NCBI GenBank assembly: GCA_035221665.1
Contig: CM069141.1
Coordinates: 36,580,001 to 36,644,000, forward strand
Reading direction: 5' to 3'
Length of the DNA stretch: 64,000 nucleotides
Origin: Okamejei kenojei
Lineage: Eukaryota
Under the pieces are notes generated by a model, which saw nothing but the letters and a program-made list of their open reading frames with translations, was not told the DNA's origin and made no database searches. The translations under genes and the position numbers were made by a program. Numbering within the stretch: position 1 is the stretch's first letter; the number at the start of each line of letters is the position of its first letter. Positions 62,778 through 64,000 of the stretch are shown in pieces.

Positions 62778-64000
62778 TGGTGTCAGTCAGCTTGGGGTAG
62801 CCCACTGCTTCTGCATATCGGATTTTATTTTCTTTTTATCAGTTTTTCTGCTTTACGATGGCTCAATCTTGCAGAAATTCCAACAATTCCAATGATGGCT
62901 GACTTTTGAGATTGATTACCAATACTACATGAACATCTTCCACCGAAATGAACCAGACGCTGTCAAAGCCTCCCTTCCACTTAACCTTGCGGGTCCCGAT
63001 GCCATGATGAGGGCTCGGACTTTTGAATACGCCCCTGTAGTTCTCTACGGCAACGACCAGGTAGTTACACCTGCAGAATCTGTAAACGATCCAGAACTCT
63101 GATTCTGTGACTCTGTTGGGCATCCATGCATGCCAGGACTTGGGGCTGGTTTCCTTTGAGCAGTCGGTCCATAAGCTACTGATATCAATGGACCCGATAA
63201 AAGAATACCCTGATCTGTTCGATGACAAACTAGGCAAGCTGCCTGTGACATACAAGATATCCATTGACCCCAATGTTGAACCTGCCGTCCGTGCACCATA
63301 TCGTGTGCCACATGCCATGAGAGACAGGATTGAGTCTGAACTAAAAACATGGTCTCCTTAGGCGTGCTAGAAGAGATCAGTGAGCCCACTGACTGGGTCT
63401 CCACCATGGTTGCTACTTTCAAGAAGGATAAAGACGAGCTCCCTGTGTGCATCAATCTGAAAGATTTGAACTCTGCCATTAGGCACCCTCACTATCCTAT
63501 GAGGACTGTCGAGGACGTTGCGGCACAGATCGGATGAGCTATCATATTTTCCGTCCTCGATGCAAAGAGCTCCTTCTGGCAAGTACCGCTGGACGATGAG
63601 TCGTCAAACCTCACCACATTTGCCACTCCATTTGGCAGATTCAAGTTTCTAAGAATGCCATTCGACATCAATTCGACCAGCGAGGTCTTCCAGAGGAACA
63701 TGGAGCTGCTGTTCATAGTCGACGATATCTTGGTGTATGGCAAAGACACACCAGAGCACGACCACAACCTAAAGCTTATCATGGACCGGGCACGTCAGAT
63801 CAACCTGAAATTCAACCCTAACAAGTGTAAGTTCAGGGTTTCTGAGTTCACCTACGTTGGTCATGTGTTCACTCCTGATGGTCTCAGGCCGGATCCGAAG
63901 AAAACTGCCGCCATCACAGAGATGCCTGCCCCCACCGATGTGCTTGGCCTGCAGCGATTCCTGGGTATGGTGAACTATCTTGGAAAATTCATACCAAACC
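62564..64000 (+). mobile_element. Ty3/Gypsy LTR retrotransposon, gag largely deleted, truncated by the window end
   Basis: gag start ~62858, jump to the protease tail (LLGIHACQDLGLV), RT motifs EPTDWVS, LDAKSSFWQ, RMPF, VDDILVYG, LQRFLGMVNYL; stops and frameshifts present. Confidence 0.9.

Overview
Eukaryotic, repeat-saturated intronic or intergenic DNA, most likely from a cartilaginous fish (skate/ray type). This is inferred from HE1-like V-SINEs paired with HER1/CR1 LINE tails. No recognisable host protein-coding gene is present; only three small candidate + strand exons. The window holds three DIRS1-like tyrosine-recombinase retroelements (9.9-14.9 kb, 41.8-43.4 kb, 45.9-50.7 kb), young Penelope-like elements whose tails carry minimal hammerhead-ribozyme motifs, a composite non-autonomous Helitron, a Tc1 with nested insertions, CR1, Rex1/Babar, Tx1/L1 and RTE LINE fragments, SINEs, and a deleted Gypsy element running off the right end. 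The most striking signal is a full-length DIRS whose coding interior is wrecked and A/T-rich while its terminal and ICR replication signals are perfect. It may represent a long non-autonomous DIRS lineage still mobilised in trans. Conserved splice sites across the DIRS copies suggest a spliced recombinase mRNA. Coordinates of decayed repeats are approximate and read by eye; no database searches were run.
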